From a virus (lineage: Duplodnaviria > Caudoviricetes), in IMG/VR virus record IMGVR_UViG_2551306162_000001, positions 30,473-94,472 of that record: DNA of 64,000 bases. One strand, written 5' to 3'. Within the stretch, counting starts at the first letter, position 1. Each line of letters starts with the position of its first letter. Made by a program: the position numbers and the translations under genes. Below are positions 44,159 through 52,991 of the stretch, one piece after another. The notes under the pieces were generated by a model. The model had not been told where the DNA came from, did not search any database, and saw only the letters and a list, made by a program, of their open reading frames with translations.

Positions 44159-44702
44159 CGGCGGCCTTGGCCTGCTCGTCGAACCGGATGATCGTCTCGG
44201 GGCCGACTTCGTGCAGACGCACGGTGATGTTGTCTTCCGGGAAGCCGGTCCAGATCGCGATGTAGTGCGCGGTGATACTCGCCAAGAACTGTCGATCCGC
44301 GATGTCGAGCGTGCGACCAGGGAAGTCGGTGACCCGCACATGCCAGCAATCGGGGTACGAGTGATCGATCATCGGCGTGACAAGCACGTCATAGACCGGC
44401 GGCACAGGACGGGTCGGCTCGAGTTCGCGGATGGCGGCGGCGATCAGCCGGTCGCATTCGCGGGTGTCGACCTTGTCGACGTAGCCGTGTTCGTCGAAGG
44501 TGATGGGGACGGCGCCGCCGCGGCCGAGTGCCGCGTACAGGTCCCAGACCCAGTCGGAGTTGCCGAACGGCCGCTTGCCGCTGAATCCTTCCGTGTACTT
44601 CCACACCTCGGCGAGCAGCGCGATGAGGTAGCCGCGAATGGTGTCGGCGCCGCTGTCGTTGCCGGGTTCGAGGGGGAGTTCGAGGATTTCCGCTGGGGTC
44701 AC
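44151..44702 (-). CDS. hypothetical protein
   Basis: FSGKRPFGNSDW motif. Confidence 0.6.
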   Translation of the reverse strand: MTPAEILELPLEPGNDSGADTIRGYLIALLAEVWKYTEGFSGKRPFGNSDWVWDLYAALGRGGAVPITFDEHGYVDKVDTRECDRLIAAAIRELEPTRPVPPVYDVLVTPMIDHSYPDCWHVRVTDFPGRTLDIADRQFLASITAHYIAIWTGFPEDNITVRLHEVGPETIIRFDEQAKAADA

Positions 44703-44779
44703 ACACTCATTCTCGAGCGCGCGTCAAACCCAGGATTTCGCGTGCGGCCGTGCGGATAGTGGGCCGCACGGCCGGCGGT

Positions 44780-45013
44780 CTACTTACGGGGTTTCAGGCC
44801 GGGGGTGCCGGGTTCGATGCCGTGTTCGCGGGCGATCTTCCGTACGTGCGGGGCGGTGTACGGGGAGGCTTCGGCGACCTTGGTCGGTAATTCGCCTTCG
44901 CGTAATGCATTCACAACGGCCGCTATTACTTCTTGTCGCGCCTTTTCGACGCGCTCGTTTAGGCTCTCGTACCGCTTGGTAGCGGCTATTAGCCTGTCCA
45001 GTGCTTCCGTCAC
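44780..45013 (-). CDS. small HTH protein
   Basis: PTKVAEASPYTAPHVRKIAR; TACGAT-N6-GTG. Confidence 0.7.
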   Translation of the reverse strand: MTEALDRLIAATKRYESLNERVEKARQEVIAAVVNALREGELPTKVAEASPYTAPHVRKIAREHGIEPGTPGLKPRK

Positions 45014-45074
45014 GCCGCGATCGTATCGCCAGCGACAATTCCGAGGTTGCAGCAGAAACATAGAAAACGATACG

Positions 45075-45100
45075 CTAAAGCGCTTTCCTAAAGCGCTTTC
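45075..45100. promoter_or_regulatory. tandem operator
   Basis: CTAAAGCGCTTTC x2, each containing palindrome AAAGCGCTTT. Confidence 0.55.
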
Positions 45101-45133
45101 CATGATCGGTTTAACGGCGGAGGTTCATAGCTT

Positions 45134-45451
45134 GTGACCAGCACTGATAGCGAATGCAGCATCGAGATTCTGCCGACCATTTCCAGCGGCGGCGTGCGCT
45201 GCTACACGGGCGTGTGTCGCCCCTGCGGCGTGTCGGTGATGGCTGCCACACGCGCGGACGCCCGCGCCCGCTGGGACCACCACCGCACAGTCCCCGCCCC
45301 GCCGGCCAGCGTGCTCACCGAGCCGGTGACCCGCGACCTGGTCGACGACTGGGCCGACTGGTTCCTCAACGGCCGCGGCTACCTACAGGCGTCGACGACC
45401 CGCTGCGCGCACGGGCGGCGGCTGACGGAGTTCTGCGACACCTGCGACTAG
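45134..45451 (+). CDS. Cys/His-rich hypothetical protein
   Basis: RBS GGAGG; C..C, C.H....C..C. Confidence 0.5.
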   Translation: MTSTDSECSIEILPTISSGGVRCYTGVCRPCGVSVMAATRADARARWDHHRTVPAPPASVLTEPVTRDLVDDWADWFLNGRGYLQASTTRCAHGRRLTEFCDTCD

Positions 45452-46116
45452 GCGGCGGCCGCGAGTTCGGTGGGCGGTTCCTGTTCGAGGCGGCGGGCGA
45501 TCAGCTCGCAGTACCGCTCCTCCAGCTCGACACCGGTGGCGGGTCGGCCCAGGTTGCGGGCGGCGACGAGGGTGGAGCCGGAGCCGGCGAACGGGTCGGC
45601 GATGGCGCCTTCGCTGCGGTCGATGAGCAGCTCCATCAGCGTGACGGGTTTGGGGGTGGGGTGGCCGACCTTGCGGGCGAGGGAGCTCATGCCGACGCTG
45701 GTGCGCAGGACGGACCCGATGCGCCGGTGGGTGCCTTTGGGCCAGCGTCCCCACAGGTAGATTTCCTCGTGGGAGCTGCCGAACGCGCAGGCGAGGTCGC
45801 CCATGCCGGGGCCGGTGCCGTCGGTCTTGTCCCAGACGAGGACGAGTTTCGGGTTGGGCGGTCGGGGGATGCGCCAGGTGCCGAACACGGCGGCGGTGGA
45901 GCCAGGGTTGCGGGTGAACCAGGCAGCGAGGGCTTGGTCGCGGATTTCGGTGGTGTCGTCTCCGGCGATGAGTGTTTTTCGTCCGCCGCGGCCGGTGTAG
46001 CTCATTCCGTAGGGCGGGTCGGTGATGAGCGTTTCGGCGTCGAGCCATTCGGAATTGTCGAGGCATGATCCGTGGAATAGTCGGATATTGCCGGATTCGT
46101 AATACGGGGCCGCCAT
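45448..46116 (-). CDS. N4C/N6A DNA methyltransferase (beta class)
   Basis: TDPPYG, HPTPKP, DPFAGSGST. Confidence 0.92.
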   Translation of the reverse strand: MAAPYYESGNIRLFHGSCLDNSEWLDAETLITDPPYGMSYTGRGGRKTLIAGDDTTEIRDQALAAWFTRNPGSTAAVFGTWRIPRPPNPKLVLVWDKTDGTGPGMGDLACAFGSSHEEIYLWGRWPKGTHRRIGSVLRTSVGMSSLARKVGHPTPKPVTLMELLIDRSEGAIADPFAGSGSTLVAARNLGRPATGVELEERYCELIARRLEQEPPTELAAAA

Positions 46117-46177
46117 TCAAGCCCCCTTCACATATTTCACGATCCGATTGTCACTCGCCCTGTCAACCCGAACCGGG

Positions 46178-46633
46178 TTATTGGAATCCGAGCCGTGCCG
46201 AGAACTTCTGGAACCAGTCGTATTCGTTGCCGTAGCCAGCTTCTTCGACGGCATTCAGGGCGGCCACGATGTCGCTGACGGCTGCGTCCATGCTCCCGTT
46301 CGCCTCGGCGCTGCGTATCCGCTTGGCTGCCGCGGCCAGCGCACGCCGGCGGGGTTCGTCGAGCCAGTCGAGGAGGGCGGGCAGCGGGATGCCTTCGTCT
46401 GCGGCGAACGAGCGCCGGTACGGCCCGCATTCGACGGTGAGGACGTTGTCGATGCTGGCGCAGGTGTCGCAGTGGCCGCCGTGTTCGACGTGCTCGTGGA
46501 CGTAGACCGGGTCGCTGGCGTTGAAGCGGGCGCGGATGGCGTCGGCGAGTGGCCCGGATACGAGGGACCGCCGATAGCCGTCCTCGTCGTCACCGGTGGA
46601 CTCGGCAACGGTGAGCAGGTGGTATTCCGTCAC
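46178..46633 (-). CDS. hypothetical protein
   Basis: GHCDTC motif. Confidence 0.5.
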   Translation of the reverse strand: MTEYHLLTVAESTGDDEDGYRRSLVSGPLADAIRARFNASDPVYVHEHVEHGGHCDTCASIDNVLTVECGPYRRSFAADEGIPLPALLDWLDEPRRRALAAAAKRIRSAEANGSMDAAVSDIVAALNAVEEAGYGNEYDWFQKFSARLGFQ

Positions 46634-47139
46634 GTGTCGCTCTCCTCGGCGAGGGCTTCGGCGACACCCCACCGGCCGACGCGCAGGTGTGGCGCGATCT
46701 GCTTCGCGAGGGCGAGGGCTTCGTCGAACGGGAACCGGTGCGCGGCAAGCCATTCGTCGTGGCGCTCGCTGGGTATGGATTCCGGGGATCGGCTGCCGTC
46801 GGCGGCGTAGCAGCGCCCCAGGTGGGTGACCGCCCATAGGCCGTGCCCGCGGTATTCGACGTTGATCGTGAACGCGGCGCGCTCGAGGTGGTCGCGGGGC
46901 ACGCACGACACCTCGAATCGGCCGACGTCGAGGTCTGGCTCGGGCAGGGTGCGGTGGGGTTCCGCGAGCCGGAAGACGTGCCGGAACCGGTGGCCGGTGC
47001 GCGCGTGCCCACAGGAGGCACAGAACTCGATCGGGGTGCTGTTCGCTGTGGGCCGCTGTTCAGGATCGTTGAACGTCGACGACGGCTGAACGAGCGCTCG
47101 GACTTCCGCTCGAAGGCGCAGCATCTCCTCGGGCGTCAC
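46630..47139 (-). CDS. hypothetical protein
   Basis: VEYRG...WAV...PSER.DEW...RF. Confidence 0.55.
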   Translation of the reverse strand: MTPEEMLRLRAEVRALVQPSSTFNDPEQRPTANSTPIEFCASCGHARTGHRFRHVFRLAEPHRTLPEPDLDVGRFEVSCVPRDHLERAAFTINVEYRGHGLWAVTHLGRCYAADGSRSPESIPSERHDEWLAAHRFPFDEALALAKQIAPHLRVGRWGVAEALAEESDT

Positions 47140-47348
47140 GCGGCCAGCTCGTTCGGTTCGAGGGAGAAGAACAGGACCACGTGGTCCTCCGGCGCGCCGA
47201 CCTGCTCGGCTATCCAGCGGATCACGTCCTCAACAGCGTTCTGTCGAGATTGGCCGACCCGGAGTTTCACGGTGCCCCGCCGCTCGCTGAACTGGACGCC
47301 CAGCGGGGTCGGCCAGGTCAGGGTGATCATGAAGTAGTAGTCCCGCAT
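47136..47348 (-). CDS. hypothetical protein
   Basis: VLFFSLEPNEL ending. Confidence 0.5.
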   Translation of the reverse strand: MRDYYFMITLTWPTPLGVQFSERRGTVKLRVGQSRQNAVEDVIRWIAEQVGAPEDHVVLFFSLEPNELAA

Positions 47349-47572
47349 CAGTGCCCCGTCTTCTTCGGCTTCTTCTTGTGCTTGGGCTTGTCGTGGTCGG
47401 GTTCCCACTCGTAGCCGGGCAGCCCGGCCTCGCAGTAGGAGTCGTCGACGAGGACGTCACCGCGGTCGAGTTCGCACCAGCGCGTCGGCCGGTTGCAGGC
47501 GGTGGCTCCTGTGCCGGCGAGCACGGCGAGGGCGAGAACGGTCGCGGCGGTGCGGGTTCGGCTCTGGAACAT
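47348..47572 (-). CDS. small lipoprotein
   Basis: Signal + ATAC lipobox. Confidence 0.55.
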   Translation of the reverse strand: MFQSRTRTAATVLALAVLAGTGATACNRPTRWCELDRGDVLVDDSYCEAGLPGYEWEPDHDKPKHKKKPKKTGH

Positions 47573-47814
47573 CAGGGATGCTCTCCCGGGTCTGGTTGGG
47601 TCACGGCGCCGGCGAAACAGTCGACCGCGATGCTTGCGCCTTGAGCGGTGTCATGGGTGAAGACCAGGCACCTGCGCCCGGTGCCCTGATCGGTGTAGCG
47701 CTGGACGCGAACTCCATTGGGGCTGCCGGTGTCGGAGTTCGCGACGGCAACACCCACGCCGGCCGAGGCGATCACCGCGAGTACCGCGGCGGCGGTGCGG
47801 GTTCGGGTGGTCAT
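47572..47814 (-). CDS. small secreted protein
   Basis: Signal peptide. Confidence 0.5.
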   Translation of the reverse strand: MTTRTRTAAAVLAVIASAGVGVAVANSDTGSPNGVRVQRYTDQGTGRRCLVFTHDTAQGASIAVDCFAGAVTQPDPGEHP

Positions 47815-48038
47815 TTGACCTCGCTGGTGGTGAAGAAGACGACCAGCCGGTCGTCCTCGTGGGTGACGTGCGCCCAGTCGTCCAAGGTGGGGATGCTGCC
47901 GTGGTGGGCGGCGTATCCGCTGCGGGCGAACGCGATGGCTTCGAGGAAGTCCCCGACCGGGACCTTGCCGCTGTCGTCAAGCGGGACGACCCATTCGTGG
48001 TGGGTTTCGACGCGGGTACGGGACGTGACGATGCTCAT
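47811..48038 (-). CDS. hypothetical protein
   Basis: 4-bp overlaps. Confidence 0.5.
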   Translation of the reverse strand: MSIVTSRTRVETHHEWVVPLDDSGKVPVGDFLEAIAFARSGYAAHHGSIPTLDDWAHVTHEDDRLVVFFTTSEVK

Positions 48039-48274
48039 GCGAGCTGCTCCTTGTCGCGAATGTAGGTAGCGGTGTCGAAGGCCAGCGAGACGGCGCGCCG
48101 CCAAGGCCTGAGATAGCCGACCTCGTAACCGGTGTGGCCGCACAGCACGCACACCGCCCAGCCCTGCACGCGGCCGTTCAATCCGCGCACTGCGCCGACG
48201 TGCACGCGCGGGGATCGCTGGCCCGCGGCGCTATACCGGTTGAGGAACCGGTCGAGCGCCGCACCGTCCGTCAT
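48035..48274 (-). CDS. hypothetical protein
   Basis: 4-bp overlaps. Confidence 0.45.
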   Translation of the reverse strand: MTDGAALDRFLNRYSAAGQRSPRVHVGAVRGLNGRVQGWAVCVLCGHTGYEVGYLRPWRRAVSLAFDTATYIRDKEQLA

Positions 48275-48627
48275 TCGCCGGCCGCTATCTGCTGTCCGGT
48301 CCAGGGCAGGTGCAGGCCGTCGCTGGCACGGCGGGGCACCACGTGCACGTGGAGGTGGAAGACGGTCTGGGTGGCTTCGGCGCCGATGCTGGTGATGATG
48401 TTCGCCGAGGGCGTGCGGGCGGCGATCTCGGCCGCGTACTTCATCACGACGCCGGTGAGAGTGGGCCAGGTGGTGGCGTCGTCGACGTGCTTGCGTGGGA
48501 TGACCAGCAGGTGTCCGGGTGTGACCGGGTTGAGGGGAACGATCGCGATGGCCTCGCGCCACTGGTCGACGATGGTCGCGGGCGCGCCGTCATCCAGGAT
48601 CGCGCAGAACGGGCAACGGTTCGTCAT
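48271..48627 (-). CDS. HIT family hydrolase
   Basis: CPFC, PGHLLVIP, QTVFHLHVHVVP. Confidence 0.92.
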   Translation of the reverse strand: MTNRCPFCAILDDGAPATIVDQWREAIAIVPLNPVTPGHLLVIPRKHVDDATTWPTLTGVVMKYAAEIAARTPSANIITSIGAEATQTVFHLHVHVVPRRASDGLHLPWTGQQIAAGE

Positions 48628-48872
48628 GGCTGGTCCTCGTTGACGTTGGCCGGGGTCGTGACAGTGCGGCTCTCCCAGTTGCAGTCGACGGAGGTGGAGC
48701 CGGAGTTGGCGTTGTCGCGGACGATGACGCACAGCACGCTGCCGCCGTCGGGGGTGGGGATGCGGCGTACTTCGTGGTCGACGGCCGAGGTGTCGTTGGC
48801 GCAGCCGGCGAGGGTGACCGCAGCGGCGAGGGCGAGGCCGGCGAGCAGGGCGGCGCGGCGCGGGCTGGTCAT
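48624..48872 (-). CDS. small lipoprotein
   Basis: LAGC lipobox. Confidence 0.6.
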   Translation of the reverse strand: MTSPRRAALLAGLALAAAVTLAGCANDTSAVDHEVRRIPTPDGGSVLCVIVRDNANSGSTSVDCNWESRTVTTPANVNEDQP

Positions 48873-49369
48873 GCTGCCGCCTGGGTGAGCCATGCGTCGA
48901 TCTGGTCGCGGATGGTGCGCGCCTGGTCGACGGCGAGGTGGGCGGCGATGTCGCGCCCGTCCTTGTCCTCGATGCGCAGCCACACGTGCGGGGCGCTGGC
49001 GGCAGAGGATTCGTAGACCGACACCTCGTCCCCGTAGGCGGTTTCAACCGGCGCCCAGTGGAAGAACCCGCGCACGCTGTACTTCCCGGGCAGGTCCGCG
49101 ACCGGTGCGTACAGGCGGGCGAAGACGTCTTCGCGCAGGACGGTGGTGGTGCCGTTCGGTGTGCGGAGGATCCAGTTGTTGGGCTGGACTTCGCCGCCGC
49201 CGGGGCCGCCGATGATGAACCAGCGGATGTCGGTGTCGTCCTCGTTCGGCGCGCCGATGTTCGCGTCGGGGCAGAACGCGAGCAGGTCGGCTTTTGTCGA
49301 GGTGCCGAGGCGGAAATGGATGGCTTCGACGGTGGCCGGCCGCGTCTGGTACTTCGGGTAATCAGCCAT
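48869..49369 (-). CDS. hypothetical two-domain phage protein
   Basis: VEAI.F...F...Y; YG..VSVYESSAA..PHVWL. Confidence 0.6.
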   Translation of the reverse strand: MADYPKYQTRPATVEAIHFRLGTSTKADLLAFCPDANIGAPNEDDTDIRWFIIGGPGGGEVQPNNWILRTPNGTTTVLREDVFARLYAPVADLPGKYSVRGFFHWAPVETAYGDEVSVYESSAASAPHVWLRIEDKDGRDIAAHLAVDQARTIRDQIDAWLTQAAA

Positions 49370-49787
49370 TGGTTTCCTCTCGGCGTTGGCGGGCGCGCGC
49401 GATGGCTTCCCGGAATTCGGGTGACGGGCCGGTGTTCTCGGCGCGCATGCGGGCGATCGTGCCGGGCGGGACGATCGTGCGGTCGACGCCGACGCCGTAG
49501 ACGGCGCGCGCGGCCTTCTTCAGCTCGTCGATGAGAGCCTGGTCGCGCTGCTGCTTGGCGTGGATCGCCGCGTAGTTCTGCTGGGTCTCGGCGCGCAACG
49601 CCTCGAGCTGCTTGGTGCGTGCAATGGCGAGGTCGATCATGTTGACCAGGCCGCCGTCGCCGTCGACGACCTTCCGCAGGTGCGGCGGGAGCGTGTCGTA
49701 CTGCTCGTCACCGCCCTCGTACGTGCGCAGGGTCGCCTCGCGGATCCGCTCGAGCTCGGTGACGGTCAGGTCAGGGCTGTCGGTCAT
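49362..49787 (-). CDS. hypothetical protein
   Basis: Operonic packing. Confidence 0.5.
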   Translation of the reverse strand: MTDSPDLTVTELERIREATLRTYEGGDEQYDTLPPHLRKVVDGDGGLVNMIDLAIARTKQLEALRAETQQNYAAIHAKQQRDQALIDELKKAARAVYGVGVDRTIVPPGTIARMRAENTGPSPEFREAIARARQRREETNG

Positions 49788-49953
49788 CGGTACTGGTACC
49801 TCTCTCCGGTGATGCGTTCCCAGGTCGCGATGGTCACGTCTCCTTCGGCTCGGCAGGTCGGGCACTGGCCGGCCGCGGTGGTGGGGCCCTTGATCGAGGC
49901 CCAGCCGGTTCCGGTTCCTTGGCAGGTCGGGCAGACGAGCCGCAGGGAGCCGG

Positions 49954-50235
49954 TCATTCGGGGGCGTCCGTCCAGGCGGTGACGTAGCGCTGCATGAGGC
50001 GGTCGTCGGTTTCGTCGGTCACCGCGTAGGCGGCCAGGCGCTCGACACCCGTGGGCAGCAGGTCACCGAGCGCGTCGACCATTCGCGCGGCCCATCGGCG
50101 GTAGATTTGTTGGAACGCAGGTCGCTCCGACTCCCACGCTCGACCGTCCAGCTTCGCCTCGGCGCGGTGGTGCTCGGCCCATGCCTCGCGCGCGATCCGT
50201 TCGATCGCTTCGGCGCGGATCTGTTCGGCGGTCAC
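49954..50235 (-). CDS. hypothetical protein
   Basis: Operonic packing. Confidence 0.5.
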   Translation of the reverse strand: MTAEQIRAEAIERIAREAWAEHHRAEAKLDGRAWESERPAFQQIYRRWAARMVDALGDLLPTGVERLAAYAVTDETDDRLMQRYVTAWTDAPE

Positions 50236-50927
50236 GCGGATTCCTCAAGGACCGGTGCGATGTTGCCGGTGACCTTGTCGTAGACCCGCATCGCCCAGCG
50301 CGCGTCACCGAGCGCCGTGTGCCGCTCCTCCTCGGTGGGCGGTTCGACGCCAATCAGCCGGGAGAGGTCGTCAGACTTCCACGGCGGGTTGATCGCAGCG
50401 ATCGAGTCGAAGCGCCGCGCTCGGTCCTCCAACGACTCTTCGCCGTCGGGCATGTCGAACGCTCCCCGAGCACGAAGGCCGGCGAGGTAGCCGACGGTGA
50501 GGTTCTCGATGTCGATGAGGTGGTAGTGCCAGGCGGGGGTGAGTCCGTTGTCGCGCAGCAGCGGAGCGAGAGTCTCGGTGTCGAAGTTCGGGACAGCGCC
50601 GACGACGTGCGCGCCGTGGGTCCAGCGGGCGACGATCTCGGCTGCGGTCCACGGCTCGACCATGCCGCGTTTGCCTGACTCTGGTCGGGTCAGCGGGTTC
50701 AGCGGTGCGAGGGTTTCGCGGGTTGAAAGCCATTGGCCGACGGGGTGGCGGTCGTAGAACCGGCCAACGCGCAACCCGAACGGATCCGCGGTGGCGAGGT
50801 CGATGTCGACGAAGAACGACAGCTCACGCTCGCCGGCGTCGTCGCGGCGGATCATGGCGATTTCCCAGGCTTTCCGACCAGGGTGTACGCCGTCGGTTTC
50901 GGTGTCGAGGAACACGAGAGGGGTCAT
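50232..50927 (-). CDS. DEDDh 3'-5' exonuclease
   Basis: FLDTET, PNFD, HTALGDA. Confidence 0.85.
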   Translation of the reverse strand: MTPLVFLDTETDGVHPGRKAWEIAMIRRDDAGERELSFFVDIDLATADPFGLRVGRFYDRHPVGQWLSTRETLAPLNPLTRPESGKRGMVEPWTAAEIVARWTHGAHVVGAVPNFDTETLAPLLRDNGLTPAWHYHLIDIENLTVGYLAGLRARGAFDMPDGEESLEDRARRFDSIAAINPPWKSDDLSRLIGVEPPTEEERHTALGDARWAMRVYDKVTGNIAPVLEESA

Positions 50928-51271
50928 GCGGTGGGCTCCTGCGCGGTGAGGGCGGTGATGATGCGTTCGGCGTGCTGGGTGGTTTCGCTGTGGGTAGCGA
51001 TGCCACCGTTCGGTGTTTCGACGAGCGACACCTTGCAGGCGCGTTGGCCGTTGACCTGGAGGCCGTTGAGGATCTGCACGTAGCGTTCGGTGAGTTCCCA
51101 CATGAGGGCTTCGGCGTCGATCCAGTCGGCGACCAGCTCGACGAGCCGGGCGTGGCTGATGGCGTCGGGGTTGTCGCGCAGGGTTTGGGCGCCGGCGGCG
51201 AGGCGGGATTGGAGGTCGGCGGTGATCATCGGCTCGCCGGCGATGTTTTCCGGTTCGGGCTGGTCGGTCAT
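50924..51271 (-). CDS. hypothetical protein
   Basis: 4-bp overlaps. Confidence 0.5.
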   Translation of the reverse strand: MTDQPEPENIAGEPMITADLQSRLAAGAQTLRDNPDAISHARLVELVADWIDAEALMWELTERYVQILNGLQVNGQRACKVSLVETPNGGIATHSETTQHAERIITALTAQEPTA

Positions 51272-51618
51272 GCGGCCGGTTCTCCTTCGAGCGTGTGCAT
51301 GGTGGGGACGATCAGGTGGAGGTCGCACCGCCACACGCCGTCGGTGTCGATGTCGGGGCGGTGCCCGTACGGTCGGCACCCGTCGGAGGTGACGCGAACC
51401 CACGCGCGCGTCGCGTCGAACCGCACCTCTTCGTCGCCCCGCCAGTACCCCGGCCTGCCCCTGAATACCGTTGAGATCAGGTCGATGTAGGTGAAGAGGC
51501 TGGGGTTGTCGGGCGTGTCGATCCACACGCGTTGCCCAGCCTGGATGCTGTCGGCGAGGCGGACGAGGTCGGATTGTCCGAGTAGGTCGAGGAGTAGCGT
51601 GAACGCGGGCTCGTTCAC
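51268..51618 (-). CDS. hypothetical protein
   Basis: 4-bp overlaps. Confidence 0.5.
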   Translation of the reverse strand: MNEPAFTLLLDLLGQSDLVRLADSIQAGQRVWIDTPDNPSLFTYIDLISTVFRGRPGYWRGDEEVRFDATRAWVRVTSDGCRPYGHRPDIDTDGVWRCDLHLIVPTMHTLEGEPAA

Positions 51619-52013
51619 GTCGGGTTTCCTTCGACGGCTTTCCGGAGTTCGCGCGCGCACTCGCGGGCGATGGCGGCGAACAGGTCGTTGCGCAGGTCGC
51701 TCTCGCCGTCCCACTGCCGCAGCAGGGCCTGTACGCGGTCGAGTGCATCGAGCAGGTGGGGCAGGTTTGTCATCGCCCAGGCGATCGCGTGCGCGTCGGC
51801 CTTATCGTTCAGGCTCGTGCCGGCGGTAGCGAACCGTTCAAGCAGGCCGTCCGCGGTGGTGCCGACGGCCCAGTAGTCGGTGAGCACGATCCCGCTCGGC
51901 GGCGTGGCTGACCACTCGCCGAGGGTGGCTTCGGCGAGCAGGGAGCGGCCTTCCGCGAGCAGGTGAGTAACCGGCGGCGGGGTCACCGGCCGGGTCCATT
52001 CACTGATGCGCAC
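51615..52013 (-). CDS. Ead/Ea22-like hypothetical protein
   Basis: AT.G.W...ADA..IA.A...LP.LLD; start uncertain. Confidence 0.5.
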   Translation of the reverse strand: MRISEWTRPVTPPPVTHLLAEGRSLLAEATLGEWSATPPSGIVLTDYWAVGTTADGLLERFATAGTSLNDKADAHAIAWAMTNLPHLLDALDRVQALLRQWDGESDLRNDLFAAIARECARELRKAVEGNPT

Positions 52014-52029
52014 ATCTTGATTCCACTAC

Positions 52030-52212
52030 TCATGTCAAACCCGCAGCCGCCACAGCGATCAGCACCACGACAAGGCCGCCGACGACCGTGCCGACGACCG
52101 ATCCCACGAACCCAGCCCACGCGAACCGGCGCGCTTCCTCGGTCGGCGCGGTGTACGCGCACAGCGCGAGCGCCAGCAGCCAACCGGCGCTGAACACCAA
52201 CGCCGCGATCAT
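52030..52212 (-). CDS. small membrane protein
   Basis: Two hydrophobic helices. Confidence 0.5.
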   Translation of the reverse strand: MIAALVFSAGWLLALALCAYTAPTEEARRFAWAGFVGSVVGTVVGGLVVVLIAVAAAGLT

Positions 52213-52991
52213 GCCGCGACCCTCTCAGTGCAGCCACAGGCCCCCCAGTCGTCCGGATCGAACATCGCTGGCTGCTGCTCAATCCGCTCACGAAACGCGC
52301 CCAGCGTCAGAGGCTTCACCGCACCGCCGGCGCGATCGCGGAGAATGGCAACGTCTCGCCCGAGCATCGCGCGCGTCCGTTCCTCCTCCGCTTCCCACTC
52401 GAGGTAGCGCGGCCGGTTCACGGTCAGCAGCAACGCCCACTGCGCCTGGCCGCCACGAACGCAGGCCCCGCCGCAGTTCGCGTGCGCGAACCCCTGCCGG
52501 TAGAGCCGCGGCGGCTCGATCCCGCGTGCACGAAACAGGGCCAGGAGGTCCGGCTTGGAGACGTAGGGCGGATCGAGCAGCGGCGACCGGATCGCCCACG
52601 GCTTCCAGGGCTCCACCGCGGCGGCATGCCGTTCGGGTTCGGTCCAGTCGAAGCCGAGGTAGATGACCGCTTCCTCAGGGGCGTAGTGGTGTTCGAGATG
52701 GTTGCGCAGCAGCTCTCGTTTGAGCACGCGGGAGCAGACCGCCATGCGGTTGTTGGGCACCACCCGCTCGTCGCGGCCGACCTCCATCGGAGTGCGACCG
52801 TCCGCGATGATGTCCCACGTGCAGCCGAGCCGCTCGGCGACCTCGTGTCCGAAGCGCCAGTTGTCCGCGTCTTCGACCTTGGTGTCGGCAGTGAGGAGTA
52901 CGACGTTGCTGGCGCCGTGTTCCTCGACAACCCGCCACGCGACCTCGGCCGATCCTGCGCCGGTGGAGAACTGGACGATGTGGGTGGTCAT
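52209..52991 (-). CDS. PAPS-reductase-like (PP-loop) protein
   Basis: FSTGAGS, ADT..ED, CSRVLK, HANCGGACV, GACGC. Confidence 0.75.
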   Translation of the reverse strand: MTTHIVQFSTGAGSAEVAWRVVEEHGASNVVLLTADTKVEDADNWRFGHEVAERLGCTWDIIADGRTPMEVGRDERVVPNNRMAVCSRVLKRELLRNHLEHHYAPEEAVIYLGFDWTEPERHAAAVEPWKPWAIRSPLLDPPYVSKPDLLALFRARGIEPPRLYRQGFAHANCGGACVRGGQAQWALLLTVNRPRYLEWEAEEERTRAMLGRDVAILRDRAGGAVKPLTLGAFRERIEQQPAMFDPDDWGACGCTERVAA

